In this document: one piece after another, positions 36,472 to 45,790 of the stretch | How positions within the stretch are numbered: position 1 is the first letter of the stretch | Layout of the letters: the number at the start of each line of letters is the position of its first letter | Assembly: GCA_043800695.1 (NCBI GenBank) | Contig: JAZDMU010000048.1 | Location: forward strand, 4,003-68,002 | Length of the DNA stretch: 64,000 bases | Source of the DNA: Bacteroidota bacterium | Lineage (GTDB): Bacteria; Bacteroidota; Bacteroidia; Bacteroidales; VadinHA17 | Direction: 5' to 3' | The notes under the pieces: model-generated | Seen by the model: only the letters and a program-made list of their open reading frames with translations | Database searches by the model: none | What the model was told of the DNA's origin: nothing | Position numbers and translations under genes: made by a program

Positions 36472-38481
36472 GTGCTTAACAAGGAAGTTCCTTTTCTTCG
36501 CATTGTCGTACCACTTTGCCTTGGCATCATCTCAGGAGCATATTTTGCTCCGGGAAATCTGTTTTTTGCAGTTTCAGGAGCCTTAATCCTGATCCTCTTC
36601 TGTATAAGTCTGTTTTTCAACAGACAGCTGACCAATCATTTTTTTGGCTTTTCGATGATCCTGTCTCTTTTTCTCTGCGGTCAGTTTCTTTATACCATGG
36701 AGAAAACGCGCCTGTCGGTTCTTGACATCAATGAGAGCCTCTTTTATGGCATTCTGGATGATTATCCCGAAGAAAAGGAAAACAGCTGGCGGATGATTTT
36801 CAGGATGGAAGAATCAATAATGAGCGGCCGGAAAGAAAAGGTGAATGGCTCCCTGCTTATCTACTGCAGAAAGGGGGAGGATCTTCCTTCATTTACTCCC
36901 GGAGACTGCCTCTTGATCAGATGCACGCCGCAGGAAATTGCCAGCAGGGGCAATCCCCATGAATTCGATTACAGGTTCTACATGGAGAACAACGGCACTA
37001 AATATTTCGCATTCATTGACCGTGGCGACATAGTTTTCCATTCATCCCCGGAACACAGAAAACCTGCTCACAGGGCCCTGATTGTTCGTCAGAGGATCAT
37101 CAGCATGTTCAGGGAGAGAGGCATTGAGGGCGACAGGCTGGCGCTGGTTGCTGCAATCACGCTTGGGCAGAAAAGCCTGCTTGATCCTGAGCAGAAACAG
37201 CATTTCATCAAAGCCGGGGTAATGCACATAATGGCTGTGTCGGGTCTTCATGCAGTGATACTGAGCATGTTCATCTTCAGGATATTGTTTTTCTTAAAGG
37301 GCAGGCTAAACATTATCAGGGTAATTGTAACAATTTTTTCATTGTGGATATTTGCTTTTATTACCGGATTGACCCCTTCCGTATTAAGGGCCGCTATCAT
37401 GTATTCATTCCTGCAGGCAGGTAATACCATGAGAAGGCCTGTAAACGGAATTAATTCAGTTCTGGCATCTGCTTTTGTCCTCATAATAGCAAAGCCATCA
37501 GTTATATTTGATGCAGGGTTCCAGCTATCATACGCAGCAGTCATATATATTATATTGTTTTACCGCCAATTGTACATTAAGATACAATTCAGGCGCCACA
37601 TTCCGGATCTGATCTGGCAATCGGCAGCAGTCACCATAATAGCCCAGGCAGGAACACTCCCGCTTACAGTCATGCTCTTCAACCGCTTCCCGACATGGTT
37701 TATAATATCCAATGTAATAATCGTTCCCCTCTCCTCCCTCGTTGTCATACTCGGATTCATTTTCCCAATGACATATCCCATTGCATCCGTTTCCCGTTTG
37801 ATTGCATGGCTGCTGGGTTTCACGACCGGCCTTACGGAAAGCCTGACGGAGATCGCCTCGGAACTTCCTTTGTCTTCAATAGAGAACATGGGGATAACCG
37901 GAATTGAATGTGTTTTCCTGACTATTGCCGTTTTCCTGTTCACAAAATATCTGCTTGACAGGAAATCCATATCAGTATTCTATCCGCTTTTCGCCATCCT
38001 GCTGTTTACATCTGCTGTTACCGCAAAAGAGATATCTGCAAGAAAGTCGGCTGAGCTTATTGTTTTCAACTCTATAAATTCATCAACCACAGGCATCAGA
38101 AACGGGAAATATCTTACCATCTTTTCGGATTCCCTGCCTGCCGGCCAGGAAGTTACCAGGCATGCTGCCATCCTTAACCTCAGGATAATCGAAAAAAGAC
38201 CGGAAAAGGATGTGACAATCTTGAAGATATCGGGAAAGAACATACTGATAACAAACACATTAAACAGTTATCTCCTTGAAGCAGCATCACCCGATATTGT
38301 CATTCTTACAGGAAAAAAGCCCCGGATAGAGCACAGCATTATATATAAGGTATATATTGAAGCGATCGTTGTCTCTTCTGAAGTCTCCGGGTATTACAGG
38401 ATACCCGGTTCCACAGCCGGTTTGAATGCAGGTAAGGTACATTACGTTGAGAAAGAGGGCGCTTTTTACTGCAGGCTCTGA
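36472..38481 (+). CDS. comEC: ComEC/Rec2-family DNA internalisation channel protein (no metallo-beta-lactamase motif seen)
   Basis: 669 aa, GTG start. N-terminal DUF4131-like region and the competence domain (..FIKAGVMHIMAVSGLHAVILS..). No HxHxDH motif in the C-terminal roughly 170 aa. Confidence 0.8.
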   Translation: MLNKEVPFLRIVVPLCLGIISGAYFAPGNLFFAVSGALILILFCISLFFNRQLTNHFFGFSMILSLFLCGQFLYTMEKTRLSVLDINESLFYGILDDYPEEKENSWRMIFRMEESIMSGRKEKVNGSLLIYCRKGEDLPSFTPGDCLLIRCTPQEIASRGNPHEFDYRFYMENNGTKYFAFIDRGDIVFHSSPEHRKPAHRALIVRQRIISMFRERGIEGDRLALVAAITLGQKSLLDPEQKQHFIKAGVMHIMAVSGLHAVILSMFIFRILFFLKGRLNIIRVIVTIFSLWIFAFITGLTPSVLRAAIMYSFLQAGNTMRRPVNGINSVLASAFVLIIAKPSVIFDAGFQLSYAAVIYIILFYRQLYIKIQFRRHIPDLIWQSAAVTIIAQAGTLPLTVMLFNRFPTWFIISNVIIVPLSSLVVILGFIFPMTYPIASVSRLIAWLLGFTTGLTESLTEIASELPLSSIENMGITGIECVFLTIAVFLFTKYLLDRKSISVFYPLFAILLFTSAVTAKEISARKSAELIVFNSINSSTTGIRNGKYLTIFSDSLPAGQEVTRHAAILNLRIIEKRPEKDVTILKISGKNILITNTLNSYLLEAASPDIVILTGKKPRIEHSIIYKVYIEAIVVSSEVSGYYRIPGSTAGLNAGKVHYVEKEGAFYCRL

Positions 38482-38535
38482 TGATGCCTGAAAATAAATA
38501 TGCTAAAAAACATGATCAATCTGCTATTTATAGTA

Positions 38536-38543
38536 TAATTTTG
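38536..38543 (+). promoter_or_regulatory. Possible -7 promoter box (TAATTTTG) for trkA
   Basis: Matches TAnnTTTG, 22 nt upstream of the ATG. No clear -33 TTTG. Confidence 0.3.
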
Positions 38544-38565
38544 TGCTGTTTTTTATTTTAACGCG

Positions 38566-39906
38566 ATGAGAATAGTAATAGCAGGAGCAGGCGAAGTTGG
38601 AACACATCTGGCAAAGATGCTCTCAAATGAGGACCATGAGATAATCCTGATCGATCCTGAAGATTCAAGGCTCGATCCTATAAAATCATCGCTTGATGTT
38701 CTTACGATCAACGGATCCGCCACCTCTATCAGGATACTCAGGGATGTGCTGCAGAAGAAGACCGATCTGTTCATTGCGGTCACCCATTCTGAAGACACCA
38801 ACGTCACATCGTGCATCCTTGCCAGGAGATTTGGAGCGAACAAAACCATCGCCCGGATTGATAACATTGACTACCTGGAGCAGTCGACTCCCGAATTCTT
38901 CAGAACCATAGGCATTGATTCGCTGATATATCCTGAGCTTATTGCGGCAAGGGAAGTGCTCGGCCTGCTTCATGAGACCGGGACTTCTGAATTCATGGAG
39001 TTTTCAAACGGTCAGCTTTCGCTCTATGTGCAGAAGCTGGATGAAAATGCACCCATCATAAATAAAAGCCTTGCCGAGATAGCTGTTTCCAACAAGACCG
39101 ACAGATACAGGGCTGTTGCCATAAAGCGCAACGATAAAACCATCATACCAAGAGGTAACGAGGAATTTCAGGTTGGAGACCTGGTTTACGTGATTACTAC
39201 CCGTGAGGGCATCGAGGAGATGATGAAATCATCAGGCAAGGAGGTTATCGAAGCCCGGAACCTGATGATCATCGGTGGAAGCAGGATAGGCAAGCATATT
39301 GCCCTATACATGCAGAACACCTGCGGAGTAAAACTTATAGACTCTGATCCCGGAAAATGTGAATACCTGGCCGAGATCCTCGACAATACCCTCATTATAA
39401 ACGGTGATGCACGAAATGCCGACCTTCTTGAACAGGAGGGAATATCGAAAATGGATACTTTCGTGGCAGTGACCGGTAATTCCGAAACAAACATACTTTC
39501 ATGCCTACTTGCCAAGAAAATGGGAGTCAGAAGAACAATAGCCGAGGTTGAGAACATGGAGTATATAAATCTTGCCGAGAACTCCGGTATTGATACTATA
39601 ATAAACAAGAAGATCTCAGCGGCAAGCAGGATTTTCAGGCATACCCTCAACCCGAATGTCACACAGGTCAAATACATGACAGGTACTGAAGCTGAAGTTA
39701 TCGAATTCATCGTTCCGGAAAATTCAAAGATAACCAGGGGCACTCTTCGCGGTATCGACTTTCCAAAAGATGCTATTGTAGGTGGAGGTACAAGGGAAGG
39801 CGTGCCTTTCATTGCGACAGGTGATACTGTTATTAAGGCAAATGACAGGGTTGTAGTATTTACCCTTCCGTCAGCCTATGACAGGCTCTCTAAATTCTTT
39901 ACCTGA
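38566..39906 (+). CDS. trkA: Trk system potassium uptake protein TrkA
   Basis: 446 aa. Duplicated RCK/NAD-binding modules (MRIVIAGAGEVG.. and LMIIGGSRIG..). Confidence 0.9.
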   Translation: MRIVIAGAGEVGTHLAKMLSNEDHEIILIDPEDSRLDPIKSSLDVLTINGSATSIRILRDVLQKKTDLFIAVTHSEDTNVTSCILARRFGANKTIARIDNIDYLEQSTPEFFRTIGIDSLIYPELIAAREVLGLLHETGTSEFMEFSNGQLSLYVQKLDENAPIINKSLAEIAVSNKTDRYRAVAIKRNDKTIIPRGNEEFQVGDLVYVITTREGIEEMMKSSGKEVIEARNLMIIGGSRIGKHIALYMQNTCGVKLIDSDPGKCEYLAEILDNTLIINGDARNADLLEQEGISKMDTFVAVTGNSETNILSCLLAKKMGVRRTIAEVENMEYINLAENSGIDTIINKKISAASRIFRHTLNPNVTQVKYMTGTEAEVIEFIVPENSKITRGTLRGIDFPKDAIVGGGTREGVPFIATGDTVIKANDRVVVFTLPSAYDRLSKFFT

Positions 39907-39913
39907 TAAAGGG

Positions 39914-41362
39914 ATGGTCAATTTCAGAGTCATTGCCAGGATATTCAGCCTGATCCTCATTGTTGAAAGTCTGTTCATGCTGCTTTCTTCAGCCGTTTCT
40001 TTTCTGTATGGGGAAGAGGCTGCAACAAGGTTGTTGCTGTCAGGCATAATCACTTTGGTAACAGGCGTACTAGTATTTACTCCTTTGAGGAACGAGGAAA
40101 AGCTGTCGGGCCACAAAGAGGGCTATATTATTATTACCGGCATATGGCTGATCATCAGCCTTTTTGGAACACTCCCCTATTTGCTGACAGGAACCATCAA
40201 ACCTTTTACGGATGCTTTCTTTGAATCTATCTCAGGGTTCACTACGACAGGTGCGACTATCCTTACCGGCATTGATTCGCTTCCACGCGGAGTACTGTTC
40301 TGGAGAAGCATCACACAATGGCTCGGAGGCATTGGTTTTATTACAATTTCCCTTTCACTCATACCTGTAGTAAGATCAATAAATGTACAACTTTCACTAA
40401 CAGATTTTACCGGACAGACAACCGACAAGATCAATCCGAGGATCGGCGGTTCGGCAAAACGCATGATAACTCTGTTTGCACTCTTCACCCTTGCAGAAGC
40501 AATCCTGCTTGCAATAAGCGGCATGCCGTTGTTCGATGCTGTATGTAATTCATTTGCAACGATGTCAACAGGAGGCTTCACGACCAGCGATAACAGCATG
40601 GCATCCCTGGGCTCGCCCCTGATACTGTTAATAATGACACTGTTCATGTTTATCGCGGGTACTAATATGTCGCATATCTATTTTGCAGTTAAAAACGATT
40701 TTAAAAAAGCCTTTGGCAATCTTGAATTCATATTTTACGGAATAACCTGCCTGGTTTTTGCAATAGCCGTCTCATCAGCCCTGTGGATAAAACCAGGGGT
40801 CACTGCAGGACAGGCCTTCGTTGAAGGCACTTTCCAGGTAGTTTCAATTATTACAACCACGGGCTTTTATCACTCAGATTTCAACCAGTGGGGAAGCTTC
40901 CTTATACTGATGCTCTTCATACTTATGTTCACCGGCGGTACATCGGGTTCGCCGGGAGGCAGTCTGAAATTCATCAGGCTGCTGCTGACCACCAAGAACT
41001 CGCGGCACGAAATGAGAAGGATGATCCATCCGAATGCATATCTGCCTCTAAGAATGGATAAAAAGATAATACCTGAGGGTATTGTACACAATGTACTGAT
41101 TTTCATTATATTATATTTCATGACGATCTGTCTTAGCTCGCTGGTGATCTCACTGATGGGCTACGATATCATAACTTCATTCAGCACATCTGCGGCTATG
41201 CTCGGGAACATAGGCCCCGGGATCGGGGCTTTCGGACCCTATTCAACCTATGCCTCCGTTCCGGTTGCGGGCAAATGGTTCTTTGCTTTCCTGATGCTTC
41301 TCGGAAGGCTTGAGCTGCTGTCGGTACTCACTTTCTTTACAAGGGATTTCTACAGGAGATAG
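39914..41362 (+). CDS. trkH: TrkH-family potassium uptake permease
   Basis: The ATG at 39914 lies just after the trkA stop; the ORF-track start at 39878 would overlap trkA. Multi-pass membrane protein with selectivity-filter-like TTGATI, STGGFT, TTTGFY and GPGIGAFGP segments. Confidence 0.9.
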   Translation: MVNFRVIARIFSLILIVESLFMLLSSAVSFLYGEEAATRLLLSGIITLVTGVLVFTPLRNEEKLSGHKEGYIIITGIWLIISLFGTLPYLLTGTIKPFTDAFFESISGFTTTGATILTGIDSLPRGVLFWRSITQWLGGIGFITISLSLIPVVRSINVQLSLTDFTGQTTDKINPRIGGSAKRMITLFALFTLAEAILLAISGMPLFDAVCNSFATMSTGGFTTSDNSMASLGSPLILLIMTLFMFIAGTNMSHIYFAVKNDFKKAFGNLEFIFYGITCLVFAIAVSSALWIKPGVTAGQAFVEGTFQVVSIITTTGFYHSDFNQWGSFLILMLFILMFTGGTSGSPGGSLKFIRLLLTTKNSRHEMRRMIHPNAYLPLRMDKKIIPEGIVHNVLIFIILYFMTICLSSLVISLMGYDIITSFSTSAAMLGNIGPGIGAFGPYSTYASVPVAGKWFFAFLMLLGRLELLSVLTFFTRDFYRR

Positions 41363-41379
41363 AAATGACCCCCTCCCAA

Positions 41380-41397
41380 CCTCCCCCAGGGGGGAGG
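41380..41397. repeat. G/C-rich hairpin (CCTCCCCC A GGGGGGAGG) between convergent trkH and tsaC
   Basis: Read directly. Preceded by CCCCCTCCCAA, the same style as the 16361 element. No T-tract. Confidence 0.7.
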
Positions 41398-41408
41398 AGC
41401 AACAAACC

Positions 41409-42023
41409 TCACTGTTCCAGGATTCCCAGGCCCTGGCGAAGGATGACAGGCTCTTCGCCTGTGCAGTCTACAATTGTTGATGCTTCATTCTTACCATAGC
41501 CGCCGTCAATCACTATATCAGCAAAATCGCGGTACTTTTCGTGGATCAGTTCCGGGTCGGTAGTGTATTCAATTACTTCGTCCTGGTCGTGGATAGACGT
41601 GGTTATAATAGGACGGCCAAGTTCACTGATGATCGCGTGCACAATTGAGTTATCCGGGATCCTGATTCCTACTGTTTTCTTCCTGTTCTTGAACATCCTG
41701 GGAATCTGGTTATTTGCCTTTACAATAAAAGTAAAAGGTCCTGGCAGGTTTCGCTTCAGAAGCTTAAAGACAGAGTTGTCCCTGATGACAGTATATTCGG
41801 AGAGCTGACTCATGTTGAGGAATATAAGCGAAAGATCGGGGTTGTCGGGGTTCATCCCTTTGAGCTTTGCGATCCTCTCGATAGGTTTATTTGCCTTTAT
41901 ATCACATCCCATTGCATAAACGGTATCCGTGGGATAAATGATTATACCTCCTGCATCAAGGAGGTCGACCACCTGTCTGATGTGGCGGGGATTGGGGTTC
42001 TCGGGGTATATTCTGATCAGCAT
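41409..42023 (-). CDS. tsaC: L-threonylcarbamoyladenylate synthase (TsaC/YrdC family)
   Basis: 204 aa. IIIYPTDTVYAMGCD, KGM..N..LSLIF, PGPFTFI and VGIRIPD are typical YrdC-domain motifs. Confidence 0.88.
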   Translation of the reverse strand: MLIRIYPENPNPRHIRQVVDLLDAGGIIIYPTDTVYAMGCDIKANKPIERIAKLKGMNPDNPDLSLIFLNMSQLSEYTVIRDNSVFKLLKRNLPGPFTFIVKANNQIPRMFKNRKKTVGIRIPDNSIVHAIISELGRPIITTSIHDQDEVIEYTTDPELIHEKYRDFADIVIDGGYGKNEASTIVDCTGEEPVILRQGLGILEQ

Positions 42024-42037
42024 GCATTAAGGTATCT

Positions 42038-42131
42038 ACCCCCCATCCCCCCTAAAGGGGGGCTATAAACCCATTACTACCGGTGACCTCAGAGTCGGGT
42101 TTTAACCCTCCTTCAGGGGGGCCTGGGGGGT
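42038..42131. repeat. G/C-rich nested hairpin element (outer stem ACCCCCCA/TGGGGGGT with inner hairpins)
   Basis: Inner hairpins are CCCCCC-TAAA-GGGGGG (42047..42062), AAACCC..GGGTTT, and CCCTCC-TTCA-GGGGGG. Lies between the tsaC start and the SRP RNA 3' end. Confidence 0.7.
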
Positions 42132-42146
42132 CTTTATAAAAAAAAA

Positions 42147-42243
42147 GGGTAAGCTACTTATATCGCACCGCTACAACTGCCTGCCCTTGCTACCTTCCGA
42201 TCCTGGGGGAGTTCAGCAGGAGCTGGTCGTATAAGACTTACCC
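42147..42243 (-). ncRNA. ffs: Signal recognition particle RNA (small 4.5S type)
   Basis: The minus strand reads GGGTAAGTCTTATACGACCAGCTCCTGCTGAACTCCCCCAGGATCGGAAGGTAGCAAGGGCAGGCAGTTGTAGCGGTGCGATATAAGTAGCTTACCC followed by T9. It contains the conserved domain IV core (CAGG..GGAAGG.AGCA), and the closing helix pairs the 5' and 3' ends. Confidence 0.85.
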
Positions 42244-42373
42244 TATGCAAAAATACAATAATTTGTCATGCCCTCCAAATTATTATTCACTGCTCATCAG
42301 ATAAATCATTCGTGAATTTTATCTTATATTTGTTATGATTCACCAAACTGATACAAAACAAATATTCAAGTCA

Positions 42374-42919
42374 ATGGAAACAAATGTTAATGTCTGGAAA
42401 GCAAATCTTGTTAACGGATTGATACTTGGACTTATAGGGGTTGTGTACTCCCTGGTTATGTATTTTCTTGATCTCACATTTAATCAGCTTCAGGGGTGGA
42501 TATTCTATCTCCTTTTAATTGTTGTGCTGTTTTTCCTGGTCAAATCGTACCGTGATAGTTACAGAAACGGATATATAACATTTGGGCAGGCTCTCGGAGC
42601 AGGAATGGTAATCTGCCTTTACTATGCAATAATTGCAGCCATATTTGCATATCTTCTATATGCGGTCATTGACACTAATTTAATGGATAAACAGCTGGCA
42701 TTCGTTGAAGGAAAAATGCTGGAAAGAGGATTGCCGCAGGAAGCTGTAGACATGAGTATGAATATACAGAGAAAGATCATGATACCTGAAGTGATGGCGC
42801 CAATAAGCATATTTGGCTCAATGTTTTTCGGATTGATTTCTTCCCTGATCGTTGCTGCATTCGTCCGCAAGGAAGGAAATCCGCTTATTGAGACACCTGC
42901 TGCTGAACCCGGAAAGTAA
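42374..42919 (+). CDS. DUF4199-family membrane protein
   Basis: The ATG at 42374 (METNVNVWKANLVNGLILGLIGVVYSLVMYFL..) fits the family N-terminus. Four TM helices. Lies upstream of a GT2 gene, as I recall being usual in Bacteroidota. Confidence 0.6.
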   Translation: METNVNVWKANLVNGLILGLIGVVYSLVMYFLDLTFNQLQGWIFYLLLIVVLFFLVKSYRDSYRNGYITFGQALGAGMVICLYYAIIAAIFAYLLYAVIDTNLMDKQLAFVEGKMLERGLPQEAVDMSMNIQRKIMIPEVMAPISIFGSMFFGLISSLIVAAFVRKEGNPLIETPAAEPGK

Positions 42920-42920
42920 T

Positions 42921-43874
42921 ATGGACGTTTCGGTTGTAATTCCTGTTTATAACGAAGAGGATTCAATCCGTGAACTGTCGGAGTGGATTGAAAAGGTATG
43001 CCCGGGAGCAGGACTTTCATTTGAAATTATTTTTATAGATGACGGCAGTTCTGATGCTTCCTGGAAAAGGATCTGTGAATTGTCGGAGAATAAGACACAT
43101 GTAAAGGGGTTAAGGTTCCGCAGGAATTACGGCAAGGCTGCCGCACTTCATACAGGATTCACGGAGTCGTCCGGCGATGTGGTGATAACCATGGATTCGG
43201 ACCTGCAGGACAGTCCTGATGAAATACCTGAACTGGTACGGATGATCCGGGAAGATGGTTATGATCTTGTGTCGGGATGGAAAAGGAAGCGTTTTGATCC
43301 ATTCATAAAACGCTCCACCAGCAGATTTTACAACACAACAGCAAGGTTGTCCTCGGGAATCAGGCTTCATGATTTTAATTGCGGACTGAAAGCATACCGT
43401 AGCGAGGTAGTGAAGAGCATTGAGGTGTACGGCGAGATGCACAGGTATATCCCGATGCTTGCCAGAGAAGCAGGATTCAGGAAGATCGGCGAAAAGATCG
43501 TTGAGCATCGCCCAAGGAAATACGGAGTTACAAAGTACGGGCTCGACCGTTTTATGAAGGGATATCTCGATATGCTTACTATAGGGTTCATCACCCGCTT
43601 CGGCAAGAGCCCCATGCATCTTTTCGGATCGCTGGGCACCCTGATGTTCGTAATTGGATTCTTAATGGCTTTATACCTGGGCATAAGGAAGCTGGTGTTC
43701 GTGCATAATCATCTCAGGGCTCCGCTGGTGACCGACAGCCCCTATTTCTACATTGCACTGACAGTGATGGTAATCGGTTCACTGCTGTTCCTCACAGGCT
43801 TTCTGGGTGAACTCATCAACAGGAATTCATCTGAGAGGAACAGGTATCTGATCAGGGATAAGGTCAATATTTAA
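42921..43874 (+). CDS. GT2 glycosyltransferase with C-terminal TM helices (polyprenyl-phosphate glycosyltransferase-like)
   Basis: The ATG at 42921 gives MDVSVVIPVYNEEDSI. FIDDGSSD and MDSDLQDSPDE motifs, plus two C-terminal TM helices. Confidence 0.85.
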   Translation: MDVSVVIPVYNEEDSIRELSEWIEKVCPGAGLSFEIIFIDDGSSDASWKRICELSENKTHVKGLRFRRNYGKAAALHTGFTESSGDVVITMDSDLQDSPDEIPELVRMIREDGYDLVSGWKRKRFDPFIKRSTSRFYNTTARLSSGIRLHDFNCGLKAYRSEVVKSIEVYGEMHRYIPMLAREAGFRKIGEKIVEHRPRKYGVTKYGLDRFMKGYLDMLTIGFITRFGKSPMHLFGSLGTLMFVIGFLMALYLGIRKLVFVHNHLRAPLVTDSPYFYIALTVMVIGSLLFLTGFLGELINRNSSERNRYLIRDKVNI

Positions 43875-43887
43875 TCAGAAAATAAGA

Positions 43888-43980
43888 ACTTACACAGAGT
43901 TACACGGAGAAGACACAGAGCTACACAGAGTCATAATTCTCTGTGGCACTCTGTGGATCCTCTGTGGACCTCTGTGTAAC
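43888..43980. repeat. Periodic inverted repeat: four nnnCACAGAG units facing four CTCTGTGnnn units
   Basis: CTTACACAGAG TTACACGGAG AAGACACAGAG CTACACAGAG / CTCTGTGGCA CTCTGTGGATC CTCTGTGGAC CTCTGTGTAAC, read directly. 10-11-nt period. Lies between convergent GT2 and gmhB and overlaps the last roughly 20 codons of the gmhB ORF. Confidence 0.9.
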
Positions 43981-44424
43981 CAATACAAGATTTCTCTCTA
44001 AAATTCCGGCCCTTCTTCCGGCTTCGAGATCGGTTTCCTTGTCACCGATTAAAACACACTGCGAAATGTCAAGATTAAAATCAATGATCGCCTGCAGTAT
44101 CATCCCGGGAGCCGGCTTGCGGCATCCGCAGATGCCTGTATTTTCAGAATGATGAGGACAGTGGTACACTTTTGATATATTGACGCCTTCACTGCTGAAC
44201 CGATCCAGCATCCATGAGGTAAGGTCGCAGAAATCTTTTTCAGTATAAATTCCTTTTGCAATCCCGGCCTGGTTGGTGACTATTATAATTAGGTATCCTT
44301 CAAAGGCATATCGCCTGCAGAGATCAAATATCCCGGGCATAAATTCAAATTGTACCCTGAGATAAACGTGCCCTTTGTCGATGTTTATCACACCATCACG
44401 ATCAAGAAAAAGCGCTTTATTCAT
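43921..44424 (-). CDS. gmhB: D-glycero-D-manno-heptose 1,7-bisphosphate phosphatase (HAD-IIIA)
   Basis: 167 aa. FLDRDGVIN, VTNQAGIAKG, zinc motif CPHH..C.CRKP and GDKETD. The C-terminal tail (..TQRSTEDPQSATENYDSV) is encoded by the repeat and may not be native. Confidence 0.85.
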   Translation of the reverse strand: MNKALFLDRDGVINIDKGHVYLRVQFEFMPGIFDLCRRYAFEGYLIIIVTNQAGIAKGIYTEKDFCDLTSWMLDRFSSEGVNISKVYHCPHHSENTGICGCRKPAPGMILQAIIDFNLDISQCVLIGDKETDLEAGRRAGILERNLVLVTQRSTEDPQSATENYDSV

Positions 44425-45106
44425 TACATATTACTGATCGTGCCCTGTGGTAATCTTCCGGAACTCCTATATCGATGAAAGGTTCATTAAAAACTACACC
44501 TTTAAATACATCGGATCCTGCCTCCATAGCGAGGATATCATCTTCAAGAGAAAATACTTCAGGAAATTGCCGGGATTCAAAAAAATGTCTGTTAACCAGA
44601 TAAATACCTCCGTTTATCACTCCATTTTCACAATACTTCTTTTCATTAAAACCTGTTATTGTGTCTCCCGAAATTTCCACCGAGCCATATCTTGAAAACC
44701 TCTCCAGCCGTTTTAATGCAATTGTAAACAGATGGTTATTCTTAACATGATGAGAATAAAATTTATTCAGATCTATGGGGAACCAGGTATCTCCATTCAA
44801 TATCAGTATATTGCATCCTGTTGTTTCCTTAACAGCGTTAACAATTGCACCGCCGGTACCCAGAGGTTTTTCCTCTTTCGCATATTCCAGCGGAATACAG
44901 CCGAATGAATGTCCGAAATAATTTATTATGGTTTCGGACTTATATCCGACTGAGAGGATAATCTTATCAACCGGGAATTCCCTGATCCGTTGAAGAAGAT
45001 AAAACAGAAATGGTTTATCATGTATCACGGCCATGGGTTTGGGAACATCAGAGACAACTTCTTTCAGTCTGATCCCTTTTCCCCCGGCCAGAATTATTGC
45101 ATCCAT
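44417..45106 (-). CDS. hddC: Sugar-1-phosphate nucleotidyltransferase, probable D-glycero-alpha-D-manno-heptose 1-phosphate guanylyltransferase
   Basis: 229 aa. MDAIILAGGKGIRL..PKPM N-terminal nucleotidyltransferase motif. Lies between gmhA and gmhB and overlaps both neighbours. Confidence 0.7.
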   Translation of the reverse strand: MDAIILAGGKGIRLKEVVSDVPKPMAVIHDKPFLFYLLQRIREFPVDKIILSVGYKSETIINYFGHSFGCIPLEYAKEEKPLGTGGAIVNAVKETTGCNILILNGDTWFPIDLNKFYSHHVKNNHLFTIALKRLERFSRYGSVEISGDTITGFNEKKYCENGVINGGIYLVNRHFFESRQFPEVFSLEDDILAMEAGSDVFKGVVFNEPFIDIGVPEDYHRARSVICNE

Positions 45107-45699
45107 TATTTTACATCTTTAAACCTTTTAAAAAGTTCTTCCTCGACCAGGTTGCATATGATATGCCCGATGAGTATGTGCGCTTCCTGGATCCTGGGCG
45201 TTTCGCCCGATGGGATTTTAATGCAGATGCTGCACAGGTCTTTCATCTGCCCACCGTAAATACCTGTGAGTCCGATGGTTTCTATCTTCTGCTTCCGGCA
45301 TGCATTCAGCGCTTCTACCAGGTTATGAGAAGTACCTGATGTGGAGATCCCGAGAAAGATGTCTCCCGGGCTTCCTATCGCTTCGATCTGTCTTGAAAAG
45401 ACTTTATCGAAGGCTGAGTCATTGCCCACCGCGGTAAGGACAGAGGTATCGGTTGTAAGCGAAATTGCCGGCAGTCCGGGGCGGTCAAAGCCGAACCTGT
45501 TCACAAACTCGGCTGCCAGGTGCTGGGCATCTGCCGCGCTTCCTCCGTTGCCTGCAAGAAGCAACTTCCTTTTATTCCTGAAAGCATTTATTATTGCTTT
45601 GGCTGCATTCTCAACAGCCGACAAAATCTCTTCTGATTCAAGAAGCTTCTGTTTAAGTTCAAGAGAATTCTTAATCTGGGCTTTTATCCTATCCTGCAT
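45106..45699 (-). CDS. gmhA: Phosphoheptose (sedoheptulose-7-phosphate) isomerase
   Basis: 197 aa SIS domain. LLAGNGGSAADAQHLAAEF and GISTSGTSHN. Confidence 0.9.
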   Translation of the reverse strand: MQDRIKAQIKNSLELKQKLLESEEILSAVENAAKAIINAFRNKRKLLLAGNGGSAADAQHLAAEFVNRFGFDRPGLPAISLTTDTSVLTAVGNDSAFDKVFSRQIEAIGSPGDIFLGISTSGTSHNLVEALNACRKQKIETIGLTGIYGGQMKDLCSICIKIPSGETPRIQEAHILIGHIICNLVEEELFKRFKDVK

Positions 45700-45716
45700 T
45701 TGAATTTATCTAAAAT

Positions 45717-45747
45717 GTTGCTGGTTGCTTGTTACTGGTTGCTGGTT
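45717..45747. repeat. Heptamer array GTTGCTG GTTGCTT GTTACTG GTTGCTG GTT
   Basis: Read directly. On the minus (sense) strand it is CAACCAG-type, ending 17 nt upstream of the gmhA ATG. Confidence 0.9.
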
Positions 45748-45790
45748 AAAACCTTAAAATTTAATCTTTTATCTTTTTACCTTGAACACT

